Assembly: GCF_964204645.1 (NCBI RefSeq)
Contig: NW_027437488.1
Location: 1 to 38,202, forward strand
Length of the DNA stretch: 38,202 nt
DNA from: Tubulanus polymorphus
Lineage: Eukaryota > Animalia > Nemertea
Direction of reading: 5' to 3'
In this document: piece after piece, positions 11,594 through 23,420 of the stretch
Layout of the letters: the number at the start of each line of letters is the position of its first letter
Numbering within the stretch: the stretch's first letter is position 1
Program-made: the position numbers and the translations under genes
Notes under the pieces: generated by a model
Told to the model about the DNA's origin: nothing
Database searches by the model: none
The model's input: only the letters and a program-made list of their open reading frames with translations

Positions 11594-11874
11594 CGTTTTC
11601 CGCGGTAGTAGTTCCGTGAGAGATAGATCACGGAACGCCGCGAGATATTCTCGTGATTCCTACGACAAGCCGGATGTATTTTCAATTCCCGGTGATTTGC
11701 TTTCGGCAGACGCGCGGTCTTCACGGTTGCCCGTCTGCCGATAGCTATGTGATACGAAACCTGGTCTAAATAGGGCTTCAATCGCGGTTGCGTTTTTCTC
11801 GTCGAGTTTTGAGGGTTGAAAGCCAAAGTAACGAGTTAGGATTTAAGTTCATTTTCAAATATCTAAACTTTCAA

Positions 11875-12526
11875 CGGTTCTATAAACAATCTAACAACTC
11901 AAGACCAGTCTAAGCTCATTTTAGTTCTACAACCTATCGAACAATTTGAAACCAGTCTAAGCTTATTTTAGTTCTATAACCAATCTAACAACATAAGACC
12001 AGTCTAAGCTTATTTTAGTTCTATAACCAATCTAACAACTTAAGACCAGTCTAAGCTCATTTTAGTTCTATAACCAATCTAACAACTTAAGACCAGTCTA
12101 AGCTCATTTTAGTTCTATAACCAATCTAACAACATAAGACCAGTCTAAGCTTATTTTAGTTCTATAACCAATCTAACAACTTAAGACCAGTCTAAGCTTA
12201 TTTTAGTTCTATAACCAATCTAACAACTTAAGACCAGTCTAAGCTCATTTTAGTTCTATAACCAATCTAACAACTTAAGAAAGGTCCAAGCTCATTTTAG
12301 TTCTATAACCAATCTAACAACATAAGACCAGTCTAAGCTTATTTTAGTTCTATAACCAATCTAACAACTTAAGACCAGTCTAAGCTCATTTTAGTTCTAT
12401 AACCAATCTAACAACTTAAGAAAGGTCCAAGCTCATTTTAGTTCTATAACCAAGCTCACAACTTAATACCAGTCTAAGCTCATTTTAGTTGTTTATTAAC
12501 CAATCTAACAACTTGAGACCAGTCTT
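11875..12526 (+). repeat. 47-bp satellite (~14 units)
   Basis: aagaccagtctaagctcattttagttctataaccaatctaacaactt. Confidence 0.96.
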
Positions 12527-12779
12527 ATAATATAAAACCATTTATGCACTGAGGTAACCGCTGTAAAAGACGGTGGTAACCGTGAGTGATATTTCATTTC
12601 TCATTTCTATGAAAGCCACGAATCTGAAACGAGACCTTTTTCGCATTTTCACATTTTAGCGTCCTAAAAAAAACCCGGATTATACCGATTCCACTCAGCG
12701 CCGGCCGTGTCAAGGAGACTCGCGCGTAATTCTCAGAAAACGACGCTATTCTTAAACTGTTTAACAAACAATTCGCGCG

Positions 12780-12793
12780 ATTTCCATGGCAAC
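12780..12793. promoter_or_regulatory. RFX X-box-like palindrome
   Basis: ATTTCCATGGCAAC; motif match only. Confidence 0.5.
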
Positions 12794-13609
12794 GAAACGA
12801 AATTAAACTTCGTCGAAGCCTCCGTGCAAGGAGGGGGACCTCCAACGCGCGAACGTAAGAAATATTGAAAAGGGCGAACGCTCGTAATCGGAGCAATATC
12901 GTACGTTTTTTTGGCTAGATGCAAAAATTCACGATTTTCACCAAAAACAAAATTATCATAAACGTTTATTTCATAAATATTTTGGTTAGATTCCTTAAAT
13001 TTGAAAAAATTGAGTGTTTATTTTTTCTATGATATTACCTAGTTTATTTCGGTTTTTAAAAAATTAAAAAATTTTCTTCTTTAAATCTTAAAATTTTTTC
13101 TCACATTTCATTCTTAGAAATTTATCTATTTTATCTAATGAAATTTGAGAAAAGAAAATTCATCGAAGATTTCAACAATTTGTCGATGGTCAAGTGGAAA
13201 AAGGGGGACGCGTAAATTTGGGGGGTGAGGGGATATATATCTGCATTTTTCAAATTCTAAATACTCCACCATATCGAAAAATTTTCAAGAAAAGAAAAAC
13301 AGTTCTGGAAAAGTTTGATGATTTTGTTGCGAAATTTCTCGCATGAAGAAGAAATAGGGAGAATTTCTTAACAAATTTCGATTTTTCCGTTATTTACTGA
13401 ATTTCTCGCGCGATTAGTTTACGCCGTTTCACAAAACACAAATATCGAGAATTTTGAACACGACAGATCCGAGCGCTCACTTCAAATCCAAGTAAGTCCG
13501 GATGAATTTCGGGGGTTCTAAAAGGACACGATTTCGGCGGCCCACCTCATCAAATCATACATCATATGAAAACCTTGACTATTTACTACAAAATAACAAT
13601 AACTTGTAA

Positions 13610-13728
13610 TGCGTGGAAATAAACAGCAAATGAGCTATTCGGTATCGAGATGAACTTTGATTTTACCTTGAATTTTCTGAGGAGTAATTGACACTCCATA
13701 GTGCAATTCCTGAGTGCTAATGGGTTAA
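13610..13728 (+). repeat. Dispersed fragment ending GGG|TTAA, possibly the end of a second piggyBac-like family; partner at ~26085-26202
   Basis: gtatcg.gatgaa...ccttgaattttctga.gagtaat...ctgagtgctaat.gg shared by both loci. Confidence 0.6.
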
Positions 13729-14578
13729 TAAATATATGAGAGTATATCGTTGTAGGCCTGTCCTTTATCTCCTCCCTACGGAGTAGACTTCACGCTAACC
13801 CGTCGAACCTCGTTAATGAACTTGTAATTACTAATCAGCGGACGCTACTGTTATAATTACAAGTGTGCCAGCACCAGACCGGACTGAAACGACCGGTCCA
13901 GATTCGAGACGATGAACGGTCCCTTTCATTAGTCTCCGCATCGATCGCTGCAAGGTCGGCGGGAATTTCTTGGCAGGCGGAGCGACGAATTTTGCCGGAA
14001 AAGTAGGACGCTGACAATTTAAGAATGACTATAACACCGACAGCGCCTGGATTCAGATGAAAATGAAAGCATGCCGCCCAAAAATAGGGATACATGGGCC
14101 CAACTGTCATAATTCAGGGCCATATCAGGAATTGTTTAAAAAGTAAGGTACAGGCTAAAAGCGGGACTTATCATAAATGGTTGCGAATTCTGCAGAAAAA
14201 TTAGGACCCAAACTAAGGACCTGATTCAGCGGTTAAAACGGGATATCGCCCAAATTTTGGACTAGGAAGCTGAACCGAGAAAGCAGTCGGCCCTGATCGA
14301 AAATAGGCCGATTTAACACACAATGCCATATTCAGCAGCAACAGACACATCCCAGTATTACGATATTACGAAACTAACCAGCTTGGCTGAATCGAAAAAT
14401 AGTAGTAAATCAGGAGCCAGTTCAACAATACCGATCAGTTAGATTTGGTTTTGCGAGTTAAAATAAGTCTACGTATTTTCAAGCATCCGACTCAAATACT
14501 CTCAAAATCTTAACTCGCCGAATATTACGATCAGAACTGAGTCGACGATCGCAGGTCCGTGAAAAAGTGCAAACTTAA

Positions 14579-14816
14579 CCCTTTCAGCGCGTCTACACCG
14601 CTGTGCGGTGTATAAATCGGTGATGGATTTTGCTAATACACCGCACTGCGGTGTATTGATGTAATTATTAATTAGTTTTTATCTCTATTGAAAGATAGCA
14701 GCACCTGTCAAACATAGTGAAATATAAGTAACTAACGATACACCGCGTCAAAATTTTTCAAAATTTTCAAATTATCTCCAGCACTATTGAGTATTAATAA
14801 GTCAGCACTGAAAGGG
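14579..14816 (+). mobile_element. piggyBac-like MITE with internal deletion
   Basis: TTAA|ccctttcagcgc...gcactgaaaggg|TTAA; about 50 bp shorter than the 27200 copy. Confidence 0.92.
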
Positions 14817-15384
14817 TTAAAACGGTAAAGTTTGAATTTTTCCGTCCCGGTCGAGAACATGAAGCAGCCGATAGCAATTTCATAAGAAAAATTTGACTTT
14901 AACTTCTTCGCGGAACTGGGCGTGATATACTCTCGTGCAGTTAAGAGTTAGTTCAGACTATTCATACATCCATCTTATTAGTAAATTAATTAGCTGATTT
15001 GTTAATTAAAAGCTGGCGATTGTTAATTGTCAATTAAGCGCGCCCGAAAGCGTTGGTCTTCCCGACACCCGCGACTCTTGTACGCAGATAATCCCGACAC
15101 CAAATTTTTATTATTCGCGAAAAAAAATTATCTCCGATAAGAATTTGTCAAATACCTGAAAACATTAACGAAACGCCTGCAAAGAAAGTCATCGAAATAG
15201 AAAATATACGAATCAAAACTGAGATCGAGAGATTTGCATAGGCCTATCATAAATCCAGCTCAGTCACCAGATGGCGCGACTAACAGTAGGTTTTTTGAAG
15301 TGGGGAAGACCGGGGTTACAAGCGGCACCTCAAGGACGGATCCAAGGGGGACCACGGGGGACGAATTGCCCCAAAATTTAATGC

Positions 15385-15690
15385 AACAGTAGTCGATATC
15401 CTACTGCACACTAGCGACACCTGGTGGATCGTCACTTGCCATTGTGGAATCATCTATTGTCGCAGTGGTTGATATCCTACTGCTTACTAGTGACACCTGG
15501 TGGATCCTCACTTGTCACAAGAAGAATCCCTTTTGCTGCAGTTGATGTCCTACTGCACACTAGCACACCTGGTGGATCCTCACTTGCTATTAGTGGAATC
15601 CTCTATTGCCACGGCAGTTGATGTCCTACAGCACACTAGCACGCCTGGTGGATCCTCACTCGCCAGAGGTGGAATCCGACATAACCACAG
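15385..15690 (+). repeat. 77-bp satellite (~4 units)
   Basis: Same unit as 32338-32905. Confidence 0.92.
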
Positions 15691-16074
15691 TAAGAGCCTG
15701 AATAGCCAATTTCTCAAATTCCTAGGGTCTCGCCGCATGATAGTTTCATTTCAATCAGGCAATCAGGTTTCAATGCGGTTCGTCGCAGTAGACGTACAGG
15801 TACTACAGCTCGGTATACAAGGCAATACAAACAAATCATAGACCGCATCAGCAGCAGCAGCAGCCGCAGCGGTGGCAGTCGCTCAGTAATAAACTAGATG
15901 ATTGAACAGTATTTACCCTAGCGTTATTAATATGTTATGAATACAAACCACGACGACGACGAGGGGTACGAGAGCACGGCGCGCCGAGCCCGAGCAGAGC
16001 GCAGCAGCAGGTCGTTACAGATCTTCGAATATAAATCAGGTGTACGCGGATTGCGATCTATTACAGCCTTCCGC

Positions 16075-16500
16075 AAATCCCCCTATGACATAACCAAATT
16101 ATATACTTACTAGTGACCTGATCCGTCCGGCCGTCACGTGGAAAGGGCAGCCACCAAATATCCACCTATGACATCATCAAATTGTCTACTAGTGATTGGA
16201 TCTATAGTCGCTTCTAAACGAGATGGCGACCCCCATAAATCCCCCTATGACATCATCAAATTGTCTACTAGTGATTGGATCTATAGTCGCTTCTAAACGA
16301 GATGGCGACCCCCATAAACCCCCCATTTGACATCATGAAATTGTCTACTAATCATTTGATCTATAGACACTTCTAGAAAAGATTCTGCTTCCATAATTCC
16401 TCCAATGACATCGCCAAATTACCCGCCACTGACATTCCAAGAATCGATGTCCGTCTAAATAAATCCCCCTATGACATCATCAAATTTCTTTACTAGTGAT
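16075..16500 (+). repeat. 79/80-bp satellite (~5 units)
   Basis: tgacatcat-containing unit (ccctatgacatcatcaaattgtctactagtgat) at 16169, 16248, 16328. Confidence 0.9.
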
Positions 16501-16997
16501 ATGCTCTAAAGGCACTTTTAGCCTTTTCTTTCCAGAAACCGATGCGGTTCAATGATGCCAGTGAACAACTAGTACCGATGGCTGGCTGAAAAATGTTCGA
16601 AAATGGCTAATCAGGCTAAAAAATATCTAGTGTTTCCTTTTCTGCTAGGCTTAAAAAAGTTCACCAGCCGGCCGCGTATCTGCCCTGTACATTTTTTTTT
16701 TCGAAATCACCATCAAGCTAACCATAACTGCAGCTATAGAAATGAACTGATTACAAATTTCATTGCAGTTTACAAAAACGACCCGGCTGATCAGGCCGAA
16801 ACAGGTATAATTTTTCAGCCTCAGCTAATGACTCCCCGAGCGCATGGAAGTATTAAATCTGACATGTTCGGATTGGCGAGGATTCTCCGACGAGATTCTC
16901 AGGTAAGGCTGCCCCCATTACGTACGGTACGAACGCTCGGCGTCGTGCATTACGAACATACAACCGTCTTCTCATATAAAGATGAGCTTAGAGATTC

Positions 16998-17011
16998 GTC
17001 GCCATGGTAAC
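16998..17011. promoter_or_regulatory. RFX X-box-like palindrome
   Basis: GTCGCCATGGTAAC; motif match only. Confidence 0.55.
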
Positions 17012-17264
17012 GAGATGCTGTGTCATCGGCGGGATAATCATCCGACTCATGCGTGTGTTCTGTCAGCTTCAGCTCCCCCCCTCCCCCGATATTCTCAGCT
17101 CGCCGTCGCATCACGAACGCTGTTTCGTATTTCGATGTTCGCATTTAACGAAACTTAGAATTTCGGGGGAGAATGACAACATTTTCTCGTGGGATGTTTT
17201 CAATATTTTGAAAGAATTGGTTTTAGATTATCTATATATTATCAGTTGTTGAATTTTAGACGTG

Positions 17265-17554
17265 GCGATGGCAATAAAGGATTCCACTAGTGGCAAGTGA
17301 GTATCTACGCAGGTGTCGCTAGTGTGCAGTAGGACATGAACTACTGCTGCGGCAATAGAGGATTCCACTTGAGGCAAGTGAGTATCTACGCAGGTGTCGC
17401 TAGTGTGCAGTAGGACATGAACTACTGCAGCAATAAAGGTTTCACTGGTAGCGAGTGAAGATCCGCTAGGTGTCGCTAGTGTACAATAGGACATTAACTA
17501 CTGTGGCAATAGAGGATTCCACTTGTGGCAAGTGTGGATCCACCAGGTGTCGCT
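17265..17554 (-). repeat. 77-bp satellite (~3.7 units), inverted
   Basis: ggattccactagtggcaagtgag...caggtgtcgctagtgtgcagtaggaca. Confidence 0.92.
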
Positions 17555-17845
17555 GAAATTTCATCTATACATATTTCATTAAAATCTAAAATTTAAATAT
17601 TAGAATTGAATCGAATTCTACAATGGTATTTCTTTCTGCTAGAATATTTCCGACTGTTAGTCACGCTATGTGGTGGTGTTACCAGAAACCTCACTTCCCA
17701 GTGGTTGCTGTATGATGTGGAGCATTCCCACTTTTAGTCACCGAATGTGCCTGAAAAATCTGAATCGGCGATGCCGACCAGAAGCTAGAACCAACGCATT
17801 CAAAAATCCTGAAAAAAATGAAGAATTTCTTAAAGCGCCACCTAC

Positions 17846-17985
17846 CAGGATGATGTACTACTTCCACGACTCGATGGGCTACCGGCTACATCGTTGCCGC
17901 CGGCGACGCTATTGATCCGACCAGCCGGATGAAGGGGCTCCGGTTTCTCCGAGGCGCGACTCTGCATACGCTGTCGACATAGGTC
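17846..17985 (-). CDS. PTPRN: Next internal exon of the IA-2/PTPRN-like gene (cytoplasmic region before the PTP domain); not in the ORF track
   Basis: 140 nt. Acceptor tatttttag, donor TG|GTAGGT. Translates DLCRQRMQSRASEKPEPLHPAGRINSVAGGNDVAGSPSSRGSSTSS plus TG of a split Trp. Splicing to the TM exon rebuilds the family motif YQ(D/E)LCRQRM and ends in SS.SSW. Confidence 0.92.
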
Positions 17986-18014
17986 CTAAAAATACGTAAC
18001 AATATACATTTCAC

Positions 18015-18560
18015 TTCGACAATTAGATGTCGTAGGGGGAGTTATAGGGGCAGCCATCTTTTTTCTAGAAGTGACCATACATTAGCTCAAATCACAAATA
18101 TCAACTATCACTAGCAGACAAATGGATGATGTCATAGGGGGATTTATGGAGGTTGCCATGTCATTTAGAATCATATAGGTTGCCATGTCATTTAGAAGTG
18201 TCTATAGATCAAACCACTAGTAGACAATTTGATGATGTCATAGGAGGATATATGGAGGTTGCCATCTCAGCTAGAAGTGTCTATAGATCAAATCACTAGT
18301 AGACAATTTGATGATGTCATAGGAGGATATATGGAGGTTGCCATCTCAGCTAGAAGTGTCTACAGATCAAATCACTAGTAGACAATTTGATGTCATAGCG
18401 AGATCTACGCAGAGAGCAATTGTTTATGGGAGATTCCACCGAACAAATCACTTATAGGAAATTTGATGACATCATAGGGGTTTACGGGGAGCTGTAACTA
18501 TCCATCAAATTACCCGGTAAAAAGATGTTGTCATAGGGGGTTTCATGGAGGCAGCCATTA
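18015..18560 (-). repeat. 79-bp satellite, inverted array (~6-7 units)
   Basis: cactagtagacaatttgatgatgtcatagg with period 79; reverse complement of the 16075-16500 unit. Confidence 0.9.
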
Positions 18561-18726
18561 ACGAGGACGGGTCTAGAGGGCACGATTCATTCCGCGAAAA
18601 TAATATACGCGCCGATTGAACAGAACGGCAACCGCGCCCTACGCGTTTAAACAATCGCTTAATTCTAATTATAAATCATCGAAACAAATATGAACTAATT
18701 ACCAACAAAAATGCAACCGACCATTA

Positions 18727-18740
18727 GTTGCCAGGGAAAC
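18727..18740. promoter_or_regulatory. RFX X-box-like palindrome
   Basis: GTTGCCAGGGAAAC; motif match only. Confidence 0.5.
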
Positions 18741-18932
18741 CGCGCTTTTAAAACACCGGTTACATTCGTTAGCAATTCGATAGATCTATCTTTTTCGCGG
18801 CTCCGATAATGATCGTAATCGCGTTTTCGAATTTGATTACCGAATTATTGCGCCGTATACGTTTTAAATAGGGACTAAACGGGAAGGGGTTAATGAATTT
18901 GATTACCGAATCATTGCGCTGTACGTTTTTAA

Positions 18933-19217
18933 CCCTTTCAGTGCTGGCTAATCAATACCCTATAGTGCTGGAGATAATTTGAAAATTTTGAAAAATTCCG
19001 CCCTAGCGTGTTGAATAACGGGAATACCACTATAGTGCGTCTACACCGCGGTGCAGTGTATTGTTAGTTACTAATATTTCACTATGTTTGAGAGGCGCTA
19101 CCATCATTAAATACAGATAAAAACTAATTACTAATTACATCAATACACCGCAGTGCGGTGTACTAGCAAAATCCTTCAATTCATACACCGCACTGCGGTG
19201 TAGACGCACTGAAAGGG
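18933..19217 (-). mobile_element. piggyBac-like MITE inserted in a local duplication
   Basis: TTAA|ccctttcagtgc...gcactgaaaggg|TAA; an uninterrupted paralogous site lies at 18829-18893. Confidence 0.93.
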
Positions 19218-19689
19218 TAAATAGGGACTAGATGGGAAGGGGTTAACGACGTCGCGAATGAAATAATTCCATCCGAATTATCTTTGAAAACGAAAAAAAT
19301 TGCTCGATGTTCCTCCTATCGCTAATTCAATTGACCCGGCGGCCCCGAGCACCGAAAAAAAACCGATCTCGGAAACAAACGTCGACTTCGCCCTTCCCCG
19401 TCGCGAAAAAGAAAAGACGAGTCGCCGCGTTCGTTTCGCGTTTCGTTTTTGAAAGGCTTCAATGACGTTTGCGTATCGTCGAAAAAAGAACTGCTAAGCA
19501 GATTAAGAGCTCGAGATGGAGCGCGGCGCGATGTCATAAGACAAAGATCTCCGTTCGATGCAGATGTAAGGTTTTAGTAACATTTCGCGATTCGCGGCGC
19601 TTTTTATCTCCGTCGCGGGTTGGAGATGATTGCGACGCCGAGAGCGGGGCTGACGACGATGAGACGAAACCCTTATAGACAGAGATATC

Positions 19690-20265
19690 AACTGATGACA
19701 TTGTGAGACTCTGTCACAGTACAAACCCCTGCCCTAGTAGACACATCCTCCCTCAGCAGGGATTTGAACCTGATGACATCGTGAGACTCTGTCACAGTAC
19801 AAACCCCTGTCCCTAGTAGACACATCCTCCCTCAGCAGGGATTTCAACCTGATGACATCACGAGACTCTGTCACAGTACAAACCCCTGCCCTAGTAGACA
19901 CATCCCTCGGCAGGGATTTCAACCTGATGACATCGTGAGTCTGTCACAGTACAAACCCCTGCCCTAGTAGACACATCCTCCCTCAGCAGGGATTTGAACC
20001 CGATGACATCGTGAGACTCTATCACAGTACAAACCCCTGCAATAGTAGACACATCCTCCCTCAGCAGGGATTTGAACCTGATGACATCATGAGACTCTGT
20101 CACAGTATACAAACCCCTGTCCTAGTAGACACATCCTCCCTCAACAGGGATTTGAACCTGATGACATCATGAGACTTGGTCACAGTACAAACCCCTGTCC
20201 TAGTAGACACATCCTCCCTCACTAAAAGTTTGAACCTGATGACATCATGAGGCTTTGTCACTGTA
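19690..20265. repeat. ~78-bp satellite (~7 units)
   Basis: ctagtagacacatcctccctcagcagggatttgaacctgatgacatcgtgagactctgtcacagtacaaacccctg. Confidence 0.95.
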
Positions 20266-20937
20266 TTATGGTTAGCTAAACAAACCTGCCGCATTATATC
20301 AGACAGGGAAAGTTCGCAGACAGGTGGAGCTATCTTAAATTTTTTAAATAATCTACGAATGGAAGGAGGCTTAAAAAAATGTCGTTGTGGAGCGTGGTAA
20401 ACCAGATCGGGTCCTCTCCGCGTCTAAGACGTTTTCAGCAGGCGCTTTCCTGATGAAACATTTCGCGGAACTGCCAGCGTATTATTCTAGTAAAGAAGCT
20501 TTCGTTCGCTCTAGCACTCCAAAACATAGTGGATCAAAACAACGCCGGCTTAGGATTACTGCAGCGCAAATCCGGCTAAGATTTCCGCGCTACGCAGTTC
20601 GCTCGCTCGCTCGCGCGCGCAGGTTCCTGAAACATCTCAAAATAATCTGCTTGTTCTTTCTTTTTTTTTTGCTCTTTACTTTGAGCCGATAGGTTTTCAC
20701 TTAACGAAGACTCCCCCTCCCCCTGACTCAGACAGGTTCAGTATCCACTCTGCCTCATTGTGTGCCCGCATCAAGACGATGAATACTAGTCGAATGCATT
20801 AGCAGAAAAAACACTTCGATTTCCCTGATTTTCAACTCGGTAGTTTTCAATATGTAGGTTCCCAAAACTACAAAATTCCCTAAATCTGAATACAGTGAAA
20901 GTTGCATATTTGCATATATAGTTTTGCATATTGCATT

Positions 20938-21530
20938 GATAAGTCTCAATAAAGCGCCTAGCACTGGATGGGTATAAGTCGCAATAATGCGCCCAGCACT
21001 GTATGGGTAAGTCTCAATAATGTGCCTAGCACTGTATGGATAAGTCTCAATAATGTGCCTAGCACTGTATGGATAAGTCTCAATAATGTGCCTAGCACTG
21101 TATGGATAAGTCTCAATAATGCGCCCAGCACTGGATGAGTAAGTCTCAATAATGCGCCTAGCACTGTATGGGTAAGTCTCAATAATGCGCCTAGCACTGT
21201 ATGGGTAAGTCTCAATAATGCGCCTAGCACTGTATGGATAAGTCTCAATAATGCGCCCAGCACTGGATGGGTACAAGTCTCAATAATGCGCCTAGCACTG
21301 TATGGGTACAAGTCTCAATAATGCGCCCAGCACTGGATGGGTAAGTCTCAATAATGCGCCTAGCACTGTATGGGTAAGTCTCAATAATGCGCCTAGCACT
21401 GTATGGGTACAAGTCTCAATAATGCGCCTAGCACTGTATGGATAAGTCTCAATAATGCGCCTAGCACTGTATGGGTAGGTCTCAATAATGTGCCTAGCAC
21501 TGGATGGGTAAGTCTCAATAATGTGCCTAA
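20938..21530. repeat. 33-bp minisatellite (~18 units, some 35 bp)
   Basis: aagtctcaataatgcgcctagcactgtatgggt. Confidence 0.96.
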
Positions 21531-21631
21531 GTCTAAATAATTGTGACAGTAAGGAACTGTATAGGTAAGTGTGGGTGCCTGGTTCCCCGGGGCCTCCGAA
21601 TCCCGAAACCGCGTCTCTGCGTAACACTTAC

Positions 21632-21823
21632 CTGGTAATCTTTCGAAGCTTCGACCGGGTCGCCTTGTCCGCTGAGCTGCGCGAGTTTCTGACGCGCTCG
21701 CGTGTGTCGTTTCACCAGGTACAACGCGATGACGGCCAACAGAATGCCGGCGATGCAACCGCACAGGATGAACGTTAACAAGAAATACTTCGGCGTTCCC
21801 GACTTGTCGATTTCGAGCTCGCT
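21632..21823 (-). CDS. PTPRN: Internal exon of IA-2/PTPRN(2)-like receptor-type tyrosine phosphatase: transmembrane helix and juxtamembrane segment
   Basis: 192 nt, phase 0/0. Acceptor ttttctcttttttgcag, donor CAG|GTAAGT. Translates SELEIDKSGTPKYFLLTFILCGCIAGILLAVIALYLVKRHTRARQKLAQLSGQGDPVEASKDYQ. A hydrophobic helix followed by KL..L....(D/A)YQ matches the IA-2/phogrin juxtamembrane region as I recall it. PTPRN versus PTPRN2 cannot be resolved. Confidence 0.92.
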
Positions 21824-22610
21824 CTGCAAAAAAGAGAAAACGATGACGACGGGAAATTCGCGAAGAAACGCGCTCGGCGACGACACGACGAAACATTAGA
21901 AGCCGATCGCGACTTCAAAAGATTCGCCGGCGTCTGCTTCCGTCAATAATGAAATTGATAATTGAAATATTAGACGATTCTGTCTGATCTAGAGTAGAAA
22001 CGGTGAATCCGTCGGTAGTTAGTGGATTGAACAGCCGCGAAAGCGTTTTTAGGCGGGCCCCACGCTTCTTTGGCCCGGGCCGAATTGTCGCGCGTGAATT
22101 GCAACTGGTTCCGTAAAATGACTGATCCGTGCCAATTTGGCCCGGGCCGAAACGTCTACTTGCGATCGCGGCTTATAACTCTGGACGAAAAGAGATCATT
22201 CTGAGGACAGACACTCCACTAACCGAAAACAACCCCATGCTAGAAATAACTTTCGAAAAAATTAGTAGCAAATCCCAAAATAAAAACCCAGCCACCTTCA
22301 AAAAAATAATATACGGAAACGGATTGAAAAATGTTAAAAACCCTCAAGCTTTAACAAAACATCATTCAGTATAACGAAATACCTCGAAAGTGATTAAGCA
22401 GAAAAAGTTGGTTGTTACTAAAAACCCTAAGAACCGCTTGAAATACGAGTTGAGGAAACACCACTCCTGGACCTGAAAATTTGTAGGACACTATACTTAC
22501 CTACAGCTTCGATCTGGCTATAAATATGACGATTGGAAAATGAATTTGTTACTTCGCGTAGGGCTTTGGGTTCTAATATTGGTTTCGAATACCCTCCGCA
22601 TGTATCACAC

Positions 22611-22659
22611 TTTATTCCTGAAGATGACTATTAGGATATAGTCGAAACGTTGAAATAAA
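22611..22659 (+). ncRNA. Minimal type I hammerhead ribozyme motif (Penelope-like element type)
   Basis: tttattc-CTGAAGA-t-GACTAT-taggat-ATAGTC-GAAAC-GTT-gaaataaa: core boxes, perfect 6-bp stem II, palindromic AACGTT stem III, stem I with one bulge. Confidence 0.8.
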
Positions 22660-22723
22660 CTACTATCTCGAAGTTTCATTTTCAGACTTTTTATTATCAT
22701 TGTGGGATTCTCTCCTCATCACA

Positions 22724-22913
22724 GTGACCTACTGCCCTACTGCCCACCTGTGCCCTACTGCCCTACTGTGACCTACTGCCCGCCTGTGACCCACTGCCCT
22801 ACTGTGACCTACAGCCCACCTGTGACCCACTGCCCTACTGCTCACCTGTGACCCACTGCCCTACTGCCCTACTGACCGCCTGTGACCTATTGCCCTACTG
22901 CACTACTGCCCGC
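22724..22913. repeat. Degenerate ~9-bp repeat (ctactgccc / ctgtgaccc)
   Basis: Read directly. Confidence 0.85.
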
Positions 22914-23039
22914 TTAACGCGAGAAGCACGGGAAACACTTTAGATTAATCAGTGGCTGTTTTTGTGAGGTTTCGTTGAGGTTAGAATTTCTCCCGGGATT
23001 CGACATTAAACGCAGCCAACCCTGGATGGATAGCTTTAA

Positions 23040-23420
23040 CCCTTCCCTTCCTTTTTCTTTCACTGCCCATTCTCTTTCTCAGTGTCGATGCTACCCTTCC
23101 CGTCTACCCCAATCTCATTCTCTCTCTTTCTTCTTCAGTCTTCCTACCTTCCCTCTTTGTCTACCTCACTCATTCCCTCCTCTCCCTCCCCACTAACCCT
23201 CTCTAACGCCCTCTCCTCTCTTCCCCGCCCTCTATCTACTTTCCTTTTTTTTCATATCTTTTTTTCTCGCCATATCACTATCGCTCCCTCCCTCTCAACT
23301 CTCTTTTCTCATACGCCCTCTCTCCTTCTCTGCTCACCATCTCTTACTCCCTCTCTCCCTCGCTCCTTTCTCTCTCTACCTCTTCCATTCATTTTTCTCT
23401 CCTTTTCCCATTCTCCCACT
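23040..23420 (+). repeat. CT-rich low-complexity tract
   Basis: Almost all pyrimidine on the + strand. Confidence 0.9.

Noticed and set aside
10219-12526. CRISPR-like look of the short arrays (also the 77- and 41-bp ones)
   Set aside because: Head-to-tail units with no unique spacers, no cas genes, and a spliceosomal-gene context.
1-17845. Next IA-2 exon (EEP...NMDISTGH) and PTP-domain exons
   Set aside because: Searched by eye on the minus strand and not found; probably beyond the window start, though I may have missed it.
20755-21627. IIETYPYSARR and LGALLRLTHTV repeat ORFs
   Set aside because: Frames of the 33-bp minisatellite, broken by 35-bp units.
21533-21886. 117-aa ORF as a stand-alone membrane protein or NPDC1/CAB-1 homologue
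   Set aside because: Only 21823-21632 is bounded by splice sites, and the next exon DLCRQRM identifies IA-2/PTPRN.
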